Source: Utricularia gibba
Taxonomy: Eukaryota > Plantae > Magnoliophyta
Reading direction: 5' to 3'
NCBI GenBank assembly: GCA_002189035.1
Contig: NEEC01000011.1
Span: 2,170,001-2,234,000, forward strand
Length of the DNA stretch: 64,000 bases
The notes beneath the pieces are model-generated. The model searched no databases. It saw only the letters and a program-made list of their open reading frames with translations, and was not told the origin of the DNA. Numbering within the stretch: position 1 is the stretch's first letter; the number at the start of each line of letters is the position of its first letter. A program made the position numbers and the translations under genes. Shown in pieces: positions 36,928 through 48,766 of the stretch.

Positions 36928-39899
36928 GAGTAATCAAGATCTGGGTTTTCCTAGGCACCGGAGACAAACCCGGCGATCGGAGTTTCTTAGCAGCAGCTGG
37001 AGTCAACACGACGATCTGGGCGTTTGCAGGAATCGGAAGTCAGCGAGAACAAGATGATTCCTCCATGGACAAAGAAAAGTACAAAACAATCTCGAGGAAG
37101 TCGGCGCCCACAACAAAAATTCTAAATTTCCATGCTCATCCCGACCGGTTCTGTGGGTAGACGTGTGGGGATTTGCATCAGCTGATCAGCGGAAACCCGC
37201 TCGCTGACAAATTCCACCGGAGAAGCACACGGGGGAGGTCTTGCTCGGTTACACTACAAAGGCCTTCCATGGAGATCCTGTCGATCTTCGTATTTTCTTA
37301 TGCAGAGCATCATGGAATATGAGGAACATAAAAAGCTTCCCAGGAGCGTACAGTTTTGAACAACAGAATTATCAATGCTTGTTTGTGGCAGTGATGATTG
37401 TAAGGCACTTTTTTCCACAGAGAATGATGTTGGATTTACAATCATCACTTGTGCTGCTTTCCCATTTCGCATGTTAGACGCCTATACTCATTTCATGTCA
37501 ACGTGTGGTCGACGAATGAAGTATTGAAATTAAGGATAGGATAATTTGGACTAATAGATCAAATACACAAAAAAACATAAATGATATTAAAAAAATATTA
37601 AATTCAATCTATTATTAATGATACATAAATTTTTATATATTTAATTATTTTATTTTTATTTATCTATATATAATTGTTTGTTTTAATAACAATAACGGTA
37701 GGAAATTACAAATATGTTGGTATCAAGTATAATCACGACTCCAACAACTTTATTGCAGTAGATATATATCTCACATCTAATCCTGTAGTTTTTCTTAAGA
37801 TATAGTCTATTTGACTTATTTTGCAATTTATGATTTAAAGTAAAAATTAAAATAAGTGTTTTACAGAATACCTCTATTTGTTTTAAAATTTAACTTTTAA
37901 TTCTATTTCTACTTATTTGTAATTTATTTTAATTTTAACTATTTCAATAACTTATCATATAAGTTGATAAAATATGATTTATTCAATAAGTATGTTACTT
38001 AATTTAAAATAAACTACTTCTGTTTATTTGACATTTAATTGTACAATAACTTTTACTTATGAATTAAATAGAATTTGTTGATTCAGTCACATATACTACA
38101 GCCTTAGCCTTTTTAACAAGTCAGCTCAACTGATCACCATATACATTATTACTATGACTTATGAAACACCATACATCCACTCCATGTGTTCGATGGTCGG
38201 ACACATGATAGCAGTTTCATGGGTAACTTTTTTGTCCAGGAAAGAGCTTGCTTCTGCATCTGGAGACAGCAGTCTGATGCTACGGGATGTGAAGGAAAAT
38301 CCTTCTGTAAGTTCCTAGTCATCAAACCCATCTTCCCCAAGCAACTCAGCTTGATTTTCAAGATATAGTGCTAACCGGTAAATGCTCAGGTGCGGACTTT
38401 CAGAGGACACACAAATGAGAAACCTTTGTAGGCCTGGGCGTGAACAGTGAATTTCTAGCTTGCACCAGTGAGACAAACCAAGTGTTTGTGATCACATGTA
38501 AGGTTGGAGTACTTGTAATGGCATATTACATCGGTTATAGATGGGATTTAAAATGAAATTAAGTAAAATGACTATAAAATACCTGTACAAGGATTTTTCC
38601 CCAACACTTCTTTTATAGATATTTTAAAATTAAACGTGTTTGTCCTAATGTAAGGATATGTAAGTTTGATGAATGTGGGAAAAACATGAATTCGTAATAA
38701 CTGATTGTTCAAAACGTACAATATCATATAAAGTTGTTAGAGGGGTCGTTACAATCACAAGATAAGCAGTAAATGGTTACTGATCTGGAGCGGAAAATGT
38801 CTGTGAGACATTTTGGTTCCAATTTAAGCTTTTTTAAAAAATAAAATAAAATCAGAATCGCGGGCTACGATTCGGTTTCGGAACCCACGGTTCCGGTTTA
38901 CTTCAAAAGACGGCCGGTTTGGGTTGTATCTCCAAACCGAACCAAAAAACCGGTTGACGCGTAATCAAGACCGTGGGTAGGGGCCATGGGTGCCAATAGC
39001 TTCGGTTTCAATTCGAGGCTATTATTATAATAACAACACAATATTAAAATATATAAGTATATTAATAAATAAATCGTAGATTCAGACTTTCTAATTATGT
39101 ATTAGAAATGTGGTCATTCCATACTCTCTTCAATGTCTGAAAAAATGTTTTTTTTTTTGGAATGTAATAATTTTAATTCATTGTATGAGATAAATTGTAC
39201 GAATATATAATTTTTTAAATGAGCCACTTTTATTACACCTAATCAGTGTGTGATAAAAGTAAACATCTGTAATGTAAAAATTTTAATTTAAATTGTTCAA
39301 TAGATTCTAAGATTCACTACTTTTCTATATAAACCCCAAGGTAATTGATGTGGGCTCCACTAGTTGTGTATAAATTTTGAAAAAACTATCCAGTTTTATT
39401 ATGAATAATTTTGTTGTCAAAATACTTCTAATTTTTTTTAAAAAATTGATGTACTAATTTTTATTTTATTAAAATGAAACATAAGTTAATTTAAAAAAAA
39501 AAAAAAAAACAAGGCGGGGGTGGGGGGTCCCGACCCCCATGATTTTAATAAATATCAACGCCTTTCTTGAATGGCGCATGTGTGATGTTAATGAAAAGAA
39601 TGTCCAGCTACCCAATTTGGTCTTACATCCCATCTCTCACGGGTCACCATCATATTTTTACTTTTTTATTATAAAATAATACGCAATTTGGGAATTTTTT
39701 TTTCGAATAGTAATTTAATTGCAGATTTAATATTTTTTTATTGATGAAATTACCATATGGATGGGGAGCCCCTTTAAGCACTTGCCTTTTTTTCCCACTC
39801 GGCCTCAGGCAGCGTCAGCTGTAATATAACACAACGCTCTGGCGCGTAAGGTTTACTAAAGCGGAATAAAGTGGTGAGCTCTCGCGCCGCGGAATCGGA

Positions 39900-41609
39900 A
39901 TGCATTCCACCGACGGCCCTACGCCGCCGCAGTGCCCCCATGAGAATCTTCGCAGGATAGCTGATTTGTTGGCCCGCCTCCTCCCGGACGTGGTGTCTCT
40001 GAATTGCTTCGCTTCCCGATGGCAGGTTATCCGCGGCAGGTTGGTTACTCTCAAGCCGCTCATCGCGGAAATTGGGGACGCGGCTCACTGGTATGAGAAT
40101 TCGTTGCTCGTTGCACTTCTGCCGGATGTTTTGTTGACTCTTTGTCGGGTTGAGACGCTATGCCGCCACTGTGGGGATGATTCCGTTGTCAGCCGGGGAA
40201 AGCTGCTGATGCAATCGGACCTTGATATGGCGGCTGGATGGCTGTCGAAGCACGTTGGTGACCTCGAGGTTCTTCTTCGCTCGGGTATCCTCCGTCAATC
40301 AACCGCCATTGTGCCTTCTCGGCCGGAGGCGAATTCCTCTAAGGAGGAGGTTACTTTCTTTATCAAGGACCTCTTTGCCAGGATCCAGATTGGAGGGCTG
40401 GATTTCAAGCGGAAGGCGTTGGATTCGTTGATTGAGCTTTTGTTGGAGGATGAAAAGTCCGCCGTTCTTGTAGCCCAGGATGGGGATGTGGGCTGTCTTA
40501 TTCCTTTGCTTGACTTGAATACTGATTTTTCCATTAGGGAATCTGCGGTTTCCGCCGTGTCACTGCTCGTCTCCGCGGGTGATTTGCCCCGGAAGTGTTT
40601 GTTTGAGGAAGGGGCATTGGGCCCTTTACTGAGAATAATCGAGTCTGGTTCAATGCCCGCAAAGGAAAAGGCTGCCATGGCGGTGGAGTTCATCACCAGT
40701 GATCCTGATAATGCTTGGGCGATTAATGCGTATGGAGGTATTCCCGTTGTTATCGAATTATGCAAATCTGGTTCACTTGTAGCCCAAACGTACGCAGCTG
40801 GTGTGATAAGAAATCTCTCTAACAGTGAAGATATTCAGATGGCTCTAGCAGAGGAAAATGCTGTCCCTGTTCTAATGCAGTTACTTGCTTCCGGTAGTCC
40901 TTCTGTTCAAGGAAAAGCAGCTAACTGCTTATCGATTCTTGCATCTTCGAGCGAGCATTTTCGCAGTCTGTTACTACAAGAAAGGTGCTTGCAGAAACTT
41001 CTTCACACATTCCAGGAATGCACAGGACCTGATGCATTAGAGCACATTCTACGTGCTCTTTATTCACTATCTTCCTCGGATACTTGCTATAGAATTTTAT
41101 CTGGATCTACTCCTTTCATTCTACGTCTTGCTGAGCTTGTGAAGCGTGGGAATCTAGTGTTGCAGCATTTGTCTGCCTCTTTACTTGCTAATCTAGCCAT
41201 CTGCGATGGGAACAAGAGAGCCATCAGCGGCTCCATCGGCCCTCTGGTGAAGTTAATGGAATCTGTGAAGCCCGATGGTATGCAAGAAGTTGCTGCAAAG
41301 GCACTGGTATCATTGTTATCCATAAAATCGAACAGGAAGGAACTTGTGAGAGATGAAAAGAGCTTGATGAAGCTTGTGCAGATGTTGAATCCTGCTAATG
41401 ACATAGTATCAAAGAAACTTCCAGTCTCAGTTGTGGCTGCAGTCATGGCCGGAGGAAGTCAGGGCTGCCGGAAAAGGCTTCTCGCAAGCGGTGCATATCC
41501 CCACCTACAGAGGTTAACAGATGCTGATGTCCCCGGAGCCAAAAAGTGCTTACAGAGACTCTCTGCAAATCGTCTAGCATCTATGCTAAGCTGGGCTTGG
41601 AGGCAATAG
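39900..41609 (+). CDS. Armadillo (ARM) repeat protein, single exon, no U-box seen
   Basis: 569-aa ORF. N-terminal SLNCFASRWQVIR..L block, KLLMQSDLD, DLFARIQIG, then ARM repeats (EEGALGPLLRIIESG, YGGIPVVIELC). Confidence 0.9.
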   Translation: MHSTDGPTPPQCPHENLRRIADLLARLLPDVVSLNCFASRWQVIRGRLVTLKPLIAEIGDAAHWYENSLLVALLPDVLLTLCRVETLCRHCGDDSVVSRGKLLMQSDLDMAAGWLSKHVGDLEVLLRSGILRQSTAIVPSRPEANSSKEEVTFFIKDLFARIQIGGLDFKRKALDSLIELLLEDEKSAVLVAQDGDVGCLIPLLDLNTDFSIRESAVSAVSLLVSAGDLPRKCLFEEGALGPLLRIIESGSMPAKEKAAMAVEFITSDPDNAWAINAYGGIPVVIELCKSGSLVAQTYAAGVIRNLSNSEDIQMALAEENAVPVLMQLLASGSPSVQGKAANCLSILASSSEHFRSLLLQERCLQKLLHTFQECTGPDALEHILRALYSLSSSDTCYRILSGSTPFILRLAELVKRGNLVLQHLSASLLANLAICDGNKRAISGSIGPLVKLMESVKPDGMQEVAAKALVSLLSIKSNRKELVRDEKSLMKLVQMLNPANDIVSKKLPVSVVAAVMAGGSQGCRKRLLASGAYPHLQRLTDADVPGAKKCLQRLSANRLASMLSWAWRQ

Positions 41610-41866
41610 CTCCTTCAAAAAGGTAATTTCTGTACCTTAACCAAACTGCTTAGCATAATCGTCTGGTAATCATGTTGGCCTACTTGAACGACTGATCATG
41701 ACCTCCCAAACACTGAAAACTTAAACAGGACAGTCTGATTTTCTCATTGTAGTGGTCCTTGACTTTGCTTTTGTTATAAGCTTAGACCTGGAATCCAGAA
41801 AATGACCCCCCTCTCTTCTGTGGTCCTCTTAGCTACGAGTCACTGTAAGCTACAGGTGATTCAATG

Positions 41867-41885
41867 CACACACACACACACACAC
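41867..41885. repeat. (CA)n microsatellite
   Basis: CA run visible in the sequence. Confidence 0.9.
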
Positions 41886-42548
41886 CACAAACCAGCTACA
41901 CAGCCAGCCTTCAATCCAGTGAACTTCAATGTGCAGAAACCAGTCCTCTAGTATCACAACTCCCTCCTTCATGACCATTTCACTGAGTCCATCCATGTCT
42001 GCAGATTTCAATTCACTCTTCTGTGCTTACACTGGATTAATGACTCCTTGCCCTGTGCTTCTCAGGGGGAAGACAGCTTAATACTTAGTTGTGTGTGTTA
42101 AATACCTACCATAGCAGCTGATGAAGATGATGATGAGGTGATAACAGAATGGATGCAGTTTTTTTACCAGTGTCCGTTGTCGTTTTGCCTTGCTTCTTCT
42201 TGTCTCTTACTTGTGGCTGATTGCTGTTGTTTGTCTTCAAGGTTTGCTAACTCTTCTTGTACTGTAACTGCAATGGAATTTGTTTCTGCATGTCTTGGAC
42301 TCCTTTAAAAAAAAAACGAGAATTTTATATTTTTATTTAATTTAATTATTTAAAATTTTCTATTCAATAATTGAAATAATATAATATAATTATATAAAAA
42401 TATCTGAATTTTATTTTCTAATTTTAAAAAGTTAGATTAATAATAGTAAGGAATAACTACTTTATATAGGGATGATGGCGGTATATGGAGGTTTTGTATC
42501 CAGAAATCGGGGTGGGTTGGTCGAACGTGAACTGAGTTCCAGTCCAGG

Positions 42549-44236
42549 ATGGAAAACCAATCGTCGGATCTTGCGGCGGCCGGCGCTCTGAGCGGACACC
42601 CGCAGATTGACCTTATCAACACCTTTTGTGAAATCACCGCTTGCGCCTCCAAATCCGAGGCCCTATTCTTCCTGGAGTCTCACGGATTCGACCTCGACGC
42701 CGCCGTTTCCACTTTTTTAGACGATGTTGGCCTCACCGACGCTGAGGACCATCGCGGCTTAGCGGAGGATCCATCGAATTCTCCCTATGTCCCTCCTATT
42801 CATCCGATTCAACCTGTTGAGTCTCCTCGCTCCCGATCCCCTTCACCGCCGCCGAAATCTCGATCTTATGGTCTCCGCTCCTCTTCCTCAAAACCTAAAT
42901 CCGGTGCCTCATCTTCTAGTGTTCGAGGCCGCGGAAGAGGAGCTGGAATTAGAACTTTGGCTGACCTGGGTTCGAGCCCTAAGGATTCGGATTCGGATAG
43001 TGATCCTGATTTCGATCCTCAGGAGTACTACACTGGCGGAGAAAAGAGGTACTTCGTTTTCATCGCCGTAACATAAATTTTTTTCTGCTTGGGTTACTCA
43101 TTGCATTCATATCGAACCACCTGTTCTACGTTGATTATCCAAATCTCGTTTTCGTTTTTGGAAAACGAGGAATTGGGTTTGATGGAATCGCTTCACTTTA
43201 GCATCTTTTTTTTACTATGCAACAGTGGGATGCTAGTACAGGGTCCTTCGAAAGCGCAGGACGTTGATGCGATTTTCAATCAAGCGAGGCAAGCAGGTGC
43301 TGTAGATGCATCTTCTGAAGTTCCGCGTTCTTCAAACTCTAGAAGCTTCAGTGGAACTGCGAGGCTATTATCTGGGGAGGCTTCATTGAATCCTCAGCCC
43401 CCTGAATCCGTGAATCATACCATTACCTTCTGGAGAAACGGCTTTACAGTTGATGATGGACCCCTGAGATTGCTGGATGATCCTGCTAATGCATCCTTCT
43501 TGGAGGTTAGATTTCTCATATATTTTAGCCAGTTTCACAATTGGGTTTCGTGTTTTCTTCACGGTTCATTTCACACAACTGTTCAATAAAACGCTCTGTT
43601 GGCTGAACAAGACTAGAAGAACTGATTGTTACTTGCAGCGAATTTGTTCATGTGGCTCACTTGCTTTCCATCCAGAGTATCAGGAAATCTGAATGCCCAA
43701 GGGAACTTGCACCGGCGGATCGTAGGACACAAGTTCAGGTCAATCTCATGAGGAAGGAGGAAGATTACAAGGTTTGTCTTCTTCGCCACAACATTGGATG
43801 CATTGCATTCTTCACGCAACTTCTGCAACTATTTAATTTTTCAGGAACCAGAGAAGCCCCGTCTCCCCTTTCAAGGCGTTGGAAGAACTCTTGGTAGTAC
43901 CATCAGTGAGACTGCTCCTACTCCTGCTCCTACTCCTGCTCCAACTCCAACTCCGGCAGCCACTCCTCTGGCACCCCTCCCGGTCTCGTGGTGGATGGCG
44001 CACTGCCTAGCACATCAGTTCAGCTGAGGTTGGCAGATGGTACGCGCATGGTTTCTCGCTTCAACAACTCCCACACAATCAGAGACATACGAAGCTTCAT
44101 CGACGCATCCAGACCCAATGCACCCAGAACTTACCAACTCCAATCCATGGGGTTTCCTCCCAAACCGCTCACTGATCTGAACCAGACCATAGATGAAGCC
44201 GGCATTGGCAATTCTGTGGTGATCCAGAAACTATAG
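42549..44236 (+). CDS. Plant UBX-domain protein (PUX3/4/5, p47/Shp1 type: UBA-like + SEP + UBX) with -1 frameshift near 43975
   Basis: UBA-like [44 protein letters not shown] domain [41 protein letters not shown] box FQGVGRTLG, and [27 protein letters not shown]. Confidence 0.92.
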
Positions 44237-44353
44237 GCAGCCATCCACCTCCTGACCACCCAAAACCACAGGTTTTCATGTCTTAATGCCTCTGGAGTCT
44301 TAGTAGCTGCTATCCTTATTCATTCCAAGACAATCTGCTTATGGAACAAAGCT

Positions 44354-44533
44354 TCATTCTATTTTCACTTTTGCTGCTATGCATTGATCAGCCTGCCAGA
44401 ATGAGCGCTCTTTCGACACCTCCCACATCTCCTCCAGTGGCTCATCCGCCCTCATTCCCACCATTGCTTGGTGCGATCCAGTTCGAGCAACCGAGCTAAG
44501 GCTTAGCAATGGAGCTGCGGTGATGCTGGCCAT
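44354..44533 (-). CDS. Small unknown protein (59 aa, MASITAAPLLSLSSVART...AAKVKIE*) with a 5'-UTR intron
   Basis: ATG in good context (GACATGGC) just after a TTTTGCAG acceptor. An upstream CCG|GTGAGT donor lies near 44837. N-terminus is Ala/Ser-rich like a transit peptide. No family recognised. Confidence 0.5.
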   Translation of the reverse strand: MASITAAPLLSLSSVARTGSHQAMVGMRADEPLEEMWEVSKERSFWQADQCIAAKVKIE

Positions 44534-44970
44534 GTCTCCTGGTTCTCTGCAAAATTCCCAAGCTCTTATCATACCACATTCAACTAAGCAATGCCATGTT
44601 CTACCAAGGAGCTGAATGTACCACTGAACTACACACCAACAAATAAAAAAAAAAACAAAAAGATCAGACACCATTGCGGGGTTGCGTTCTGCTTGTGTTT
44701 ACAACAAATCTGGCAACTGTTCGCAGATAACCAGCATAGATAGATATACGGCCGCCAAAAGCTCGATACACAGAGGATTCTGAACAAGTCGATTCTCTAA
44801 ATAATCTCAGCCTAGTAAGCAAGGAAACTGCACTCACCGGATTTCGAACCCTACACCGAGATCCAGATGGAACGGAACGCCGAGGTTTACCCCCAATGCT
44901 TTGGTCATTTACAAGGACCAATTAAAATTAGGGTTCTTATTGTCGTCAGCCATTACCTGCAACTGCTAAT

Positions 44971-44999
44971 CACGTGGCGAGATGCATTTAGCACGTGGC
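44971..44999. promoter_or_regulatory. Paired ABRE/G-box (CACGTGGC x2)
   Basis: Exact CACGTGGC at 44971-44978 and 44992-44999, upstream of the small minus-strand transcription unit. Confidence 0.6.
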
Positions 45000-45206
45000 A
45001 TACTAAAAATGGGGTATTTGTTGTCATTTTCCTTTTTATTATTTTATGAATAATAATTATTTACGCAATTAATAAAATTTGTTTTTTGCGAATAATGGAT
45101 ACTTTGGATGAAATAAGAATGTTGTCATGGGAAGGGATTAAGAGTGGCCGTTATAATGGATAAAAGATGAAATGGATCCTATCCCGTGTCTGCAGGTGCG
45201 CCGGAG

Positions 45207-45596
45207 TTAAAACATCGACGGCGTGAAGATCACGGCGGAGGTCTTCCTGCAACCATCAATAAATCGACGAACAGAATATGTCGAATTTCTCCGATCCGTG
45301 AAAGAAACAACTAACTCTTCCGCGTACCAGAAGTTCTGCCCGTGACCTGCCGGCGATCGCTCTTCCGTAGTTGGACTCCGATCGAGAAATCCGTTAGATC
45401 TCTGCTTCCGGTAGATCTCCTCCAGCAGCGGCTCGTCCTCTGAGATCGCTTGCAGCGACGGCCGCCACTGCCTCGCTGGCGGTTGCCTTTTCCGTTCTTC
45501 TGTTTCGTGACCGCCTCTTCCTTGATTCTTCTTCTTCCGCTTGCCGGCTGCGGATCCGCCGTTTGAGAAGCATACTAAACACGGTAAAATCTTCAT
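45207..45596 (-). CDS. Small uncharacterised plant protein with WRPSLxxISED motif, 2 exons (intron 45247-45327)
   Basis: MKILPCLVCF..., basic stretch, QWRPSLQAISED and C-terminal FTPSMF*. This resembles a plant-specific small-protein family. The GT-AG intron is 81 nt. Confidence 0.7.
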   Translation of the reverse strand: MKILPCLVCFSNGGSAAGKRKKKNQGRGGHETEERKRQPPARQWRPSLQAISEDEPLLEEIYRKQRSNGFLDRSPTTEERSPAGHGQNFWYAEELVVSFTDRRNSTYSVRRFIDGCRKTSAVIFTPSMF

Positions 45597-46186
45597 TGGC
45601 TCTTCTTGATTACATTTTCACTAAAAAAAAGACGACGTTTTAAATGTCCGGTTGAGCCAAGAACCGGCGAGGGTAACGGTTCACGGCTCAACGGTTTATA
45701 AACCCACCGACGTGGGTCTTTGCGTAGTGTAACTGTTACTATTATTGTGAATCATGTTAATTTATTAATAATTAATAAAATTGAAATCCATTATTTTGAA
45801 TTTAATTATTTATCATTTATTTATTTTTTTGGATAATGACAGGTCCTTAGTTGCTGCAATTATATACATTTTGGTCCCCGTGTTTTGAATAAGAAGAGCT
45901 TATCAGGAAACGCAGAATCTGTTTCTGTTACACAGCCACGTTATGATGCTCTACTTGGCACAATCCTGACCATGCACCGCCTACCTCTCCACGTCAACTA
46001 GACGGCGAATTGTCTATTCTAGCCCTCCCGCGTGCTGAATTTGTCTACTTGGACAGGGGTAGCTTCGGTATTAACCATCACCAACGTTTATTTCATGAAA
46101 CGCTCTTCACAAATCCATTCATTCTCTCCCTTCGTCTTCTTCCTCGACAAAAGTTTGTGAAGCTGTAGCTCTTGCGGCGTTTTCAG

Positions 46187-46724
46187 ATGAAGAGGTGCGA
46201 GCTTTGTGGAGGACAAGCGTGTTTGCAATGCGACGCAGATCAGGCGAATTTGTGTTGGAGGTGCGACGCGGAGGTTCATTCCGCCAACTTCCTGGTCGCG
46301 CGGCACTCGAGGCGCTTGCTCTGCAAATCGTGCCAATCGACGTTGCCGTGGTCCACAGTAGGAGGTTGCCTGACTCCGATTGACTCGGTTTGCGAGAAAT
46401 GCGCTTGCGGAGGTGCCGATGAGGACTTTGAGGATGAAACTCAGGTCGTTCCGTTTTCGCCTCCGCCTCCGCCTCAGGCGGATAGTTGTTCGTCGAGCAG
46501 CGGTAAGGCGGCGAGGGATGCAGATGCCGAGGATCCGCCTAAAAAGCGACATCGGATTGCGAAAGATCTCCATTCACCAGTACTTTTCAACTTTTTCCCG
46601 CCGAAGAATCTGAATGAAAACCGATGATCGCCGCCGCGCGCACATTTTTCTGGTTCGAGTACAGGGTCGTCCGCCGCTTGAAGAGAAAAAAGAAACCCTA
46701 GGGGACCGGTTATTATCAAGGTAA
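46187..46724 (+). CDS. Single B-box zinc-finger protein (group V BBX, no CCT); 3' end uncertain
   Basis: MKRCELCGGQACLQCDADQANLCWRCDAEVHSANFLVARHSRRLLCKSCQ..PW..VCEKC and ETQVVPFS. Putative intron 46580-46664. Confidence 0.85.
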
Positions 46725-48766
46725 AAACGACGTCGTTCAAGGTTTTCAGCGGATCGTTGATTTCAGATCCAGAACGTGGAGAAACAGCGGGTCCGATCCG
46801 ATTTCGGAATATCGATTTTCTCGGGAAGCATCTAGTAGCCATCAGAATCACCTCTTTTTCATTCTCTCCGCGAGTTGAAGCAGACGAAGCATAACAAAAA
46901 AAAAAAAAAGAAAAAAGGAAAGGGCAAGATTCGCCATCTGAGGTCAAGAATGGGAGGAAAGCGAATTGTGGCTGAGCGACAAAGTTGAAATGCCAAGGAA
47001 GCAACGTGAGGCTTGGAGTGGTGGCGTTTTAGGTGGATCTGAAGAATCAAGAAAGGGAAAGAAGCAGCTACCACACTTGTGGACACAAGCAGGTCACTTG
47101 GTGATGGGTGGTTGTTGCCTTCACGTTAACGTACCCCCACATCAACCTTGGACATCGATACGTTGTTTTTTTCCTGCACCTTCCCCTCCCTCCTGGTGCC
47201 CAACTTCTTCCCACCTTCGTCCCCCATCCACCGCCGCCGACCTGCAACTCAACGAAGCCACTGGTTGTGATACTTTCAAGACAGTTTGAACCGCGCCAAT
47301 CCAATCTTTAGAGAAGTTTGTAGACTAAATATATTTTAAAGTGAAATTCAAAATTATCTAAAAATTCGAGATATAATTAGAACCAGAATCCAATGACTTG
47401 CATTCAATTTGTGTGGATTCAGTGGCTGGCATTATGTGCTAAAAATAGAGGTTAATCATATAATTTTTTTATTTTTAGAAATTAAATATTTCGATGTAAA
47501 TAATTATTTATATAATTTTTAGAATAATAATTAACAAATTAGTCAATTATATCTGCTTAGACTATCAAATGTATTGATATTCAACTTTATTGAAACGTTT
47601 GCGATTATTTCAATTCCAAATAATTTAGAGTAGGAGACGATATTTATAATTTATTTAATCGTGTAATATTTAATATTATATCAAATTTCTTCAATTTTGA
47701 ATGGGATAAGTATTTAAATTTATTGGAGCTTTATATGTGGGATTGAATTGGATTTCAGGTGTGAGGTTTTGATTTATCGAATATTTAATTGTATTAAAAA
47801 ATGTATTTTAATATAAAATTACCACGTAAGGATCTTATCATGATATATACTGAATGATGAGACTCACGCCAAGTTCTCTGTATGCAGACCGCATCTGGCT
47901 GTCAATGGCGGCTTGAAACGTCTTCATGTTCAGCTTCCGAACTCCGATTCCCACCTCATGATCTGTCTTCTTGCCATTGGTCTTGACTGGTGGTTGGTGG
48001 GATCTTGAGAGTTGCCGATATGAGAAGCCTCCTTTCTGCGCTCGGTGTGTAGCCGTATCTTCGTTTCGTTCAGGATTGAAGCTCCGGGGTGTCGCGAGGT
48101 ATTTAAACGCTCTTCCTGCTTCCTACTTTTTTCGTTTTTGTTGTTGATTACCCTATGGATGGGAAATTATTTTGCCTTCAACTTTTACCCATTTATCGCC
48201 AACCGCCAAATCTCGGATCTTTGACTAGCAATGGTTTGTGATTTTCTCTTTACTAACTTTTCCGACTTCCCCATTTACCCAAGCAAAAACCTTGGATGTC
48301 GGGACATGAGTGTCGCTGTTGGGTAATAATTTGTCTGGGCTAAAAAGATTTGAGTACTTTATGTGTTAACTCATAGTGGGTGCTCTTACTTGCTTCCCCA
48401 GGCAGTGCCTCCTCAATTCGTAACCGGGATTAGGTTCTTTCATTTGCGGGAACTTCAATTCATTCTGGCAGATTCAGTGATTTGCAAAGTTTCTCACACC
48501 TCTGGGCAGGTGTGGGGTGCTAAAAAGAGCACTCTGTTCCATGGTGCCTTTTGGAGATTGAGGAGGATTTCAGGAGGTTTCCCAGTTGACTACGGCTAAT
48601 GTTTTCCTAATTCTGATCCTGCAGAGCAATGGAGCCGGCAGTGCTTATGTTTATGTTTGTGTGTTTATAGATCAATGCCTTTTTATGGACAGCTGTATTT
48701 TGCCTTAACCTTCAGTTTTGGAGTTTGAACTATTTTATGTGAGGGGCATTTGAATGTTTTGTGAAG

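Noticed and set aside
38160-38520. GC-richer island in an AT-rich spacer, possible captured gene fragment
   Set aside because: No frame gave a recognisable protein motif and no TE ends were found.
42153-42308. Cys-rich ~51-codon ORF downstream of the ARM gene
   Set aside because: U-rich 3'-UTR-like composition explains the Cys/Leu/Phe bias. No signal peptide pattern or known conserved peptide.
47286-47302. TTGAACCGCGCCAATCC resembles miR171
   Set aside because: No complementary arm nearby to form a precursor hairpin, and the 3' end mismatches.
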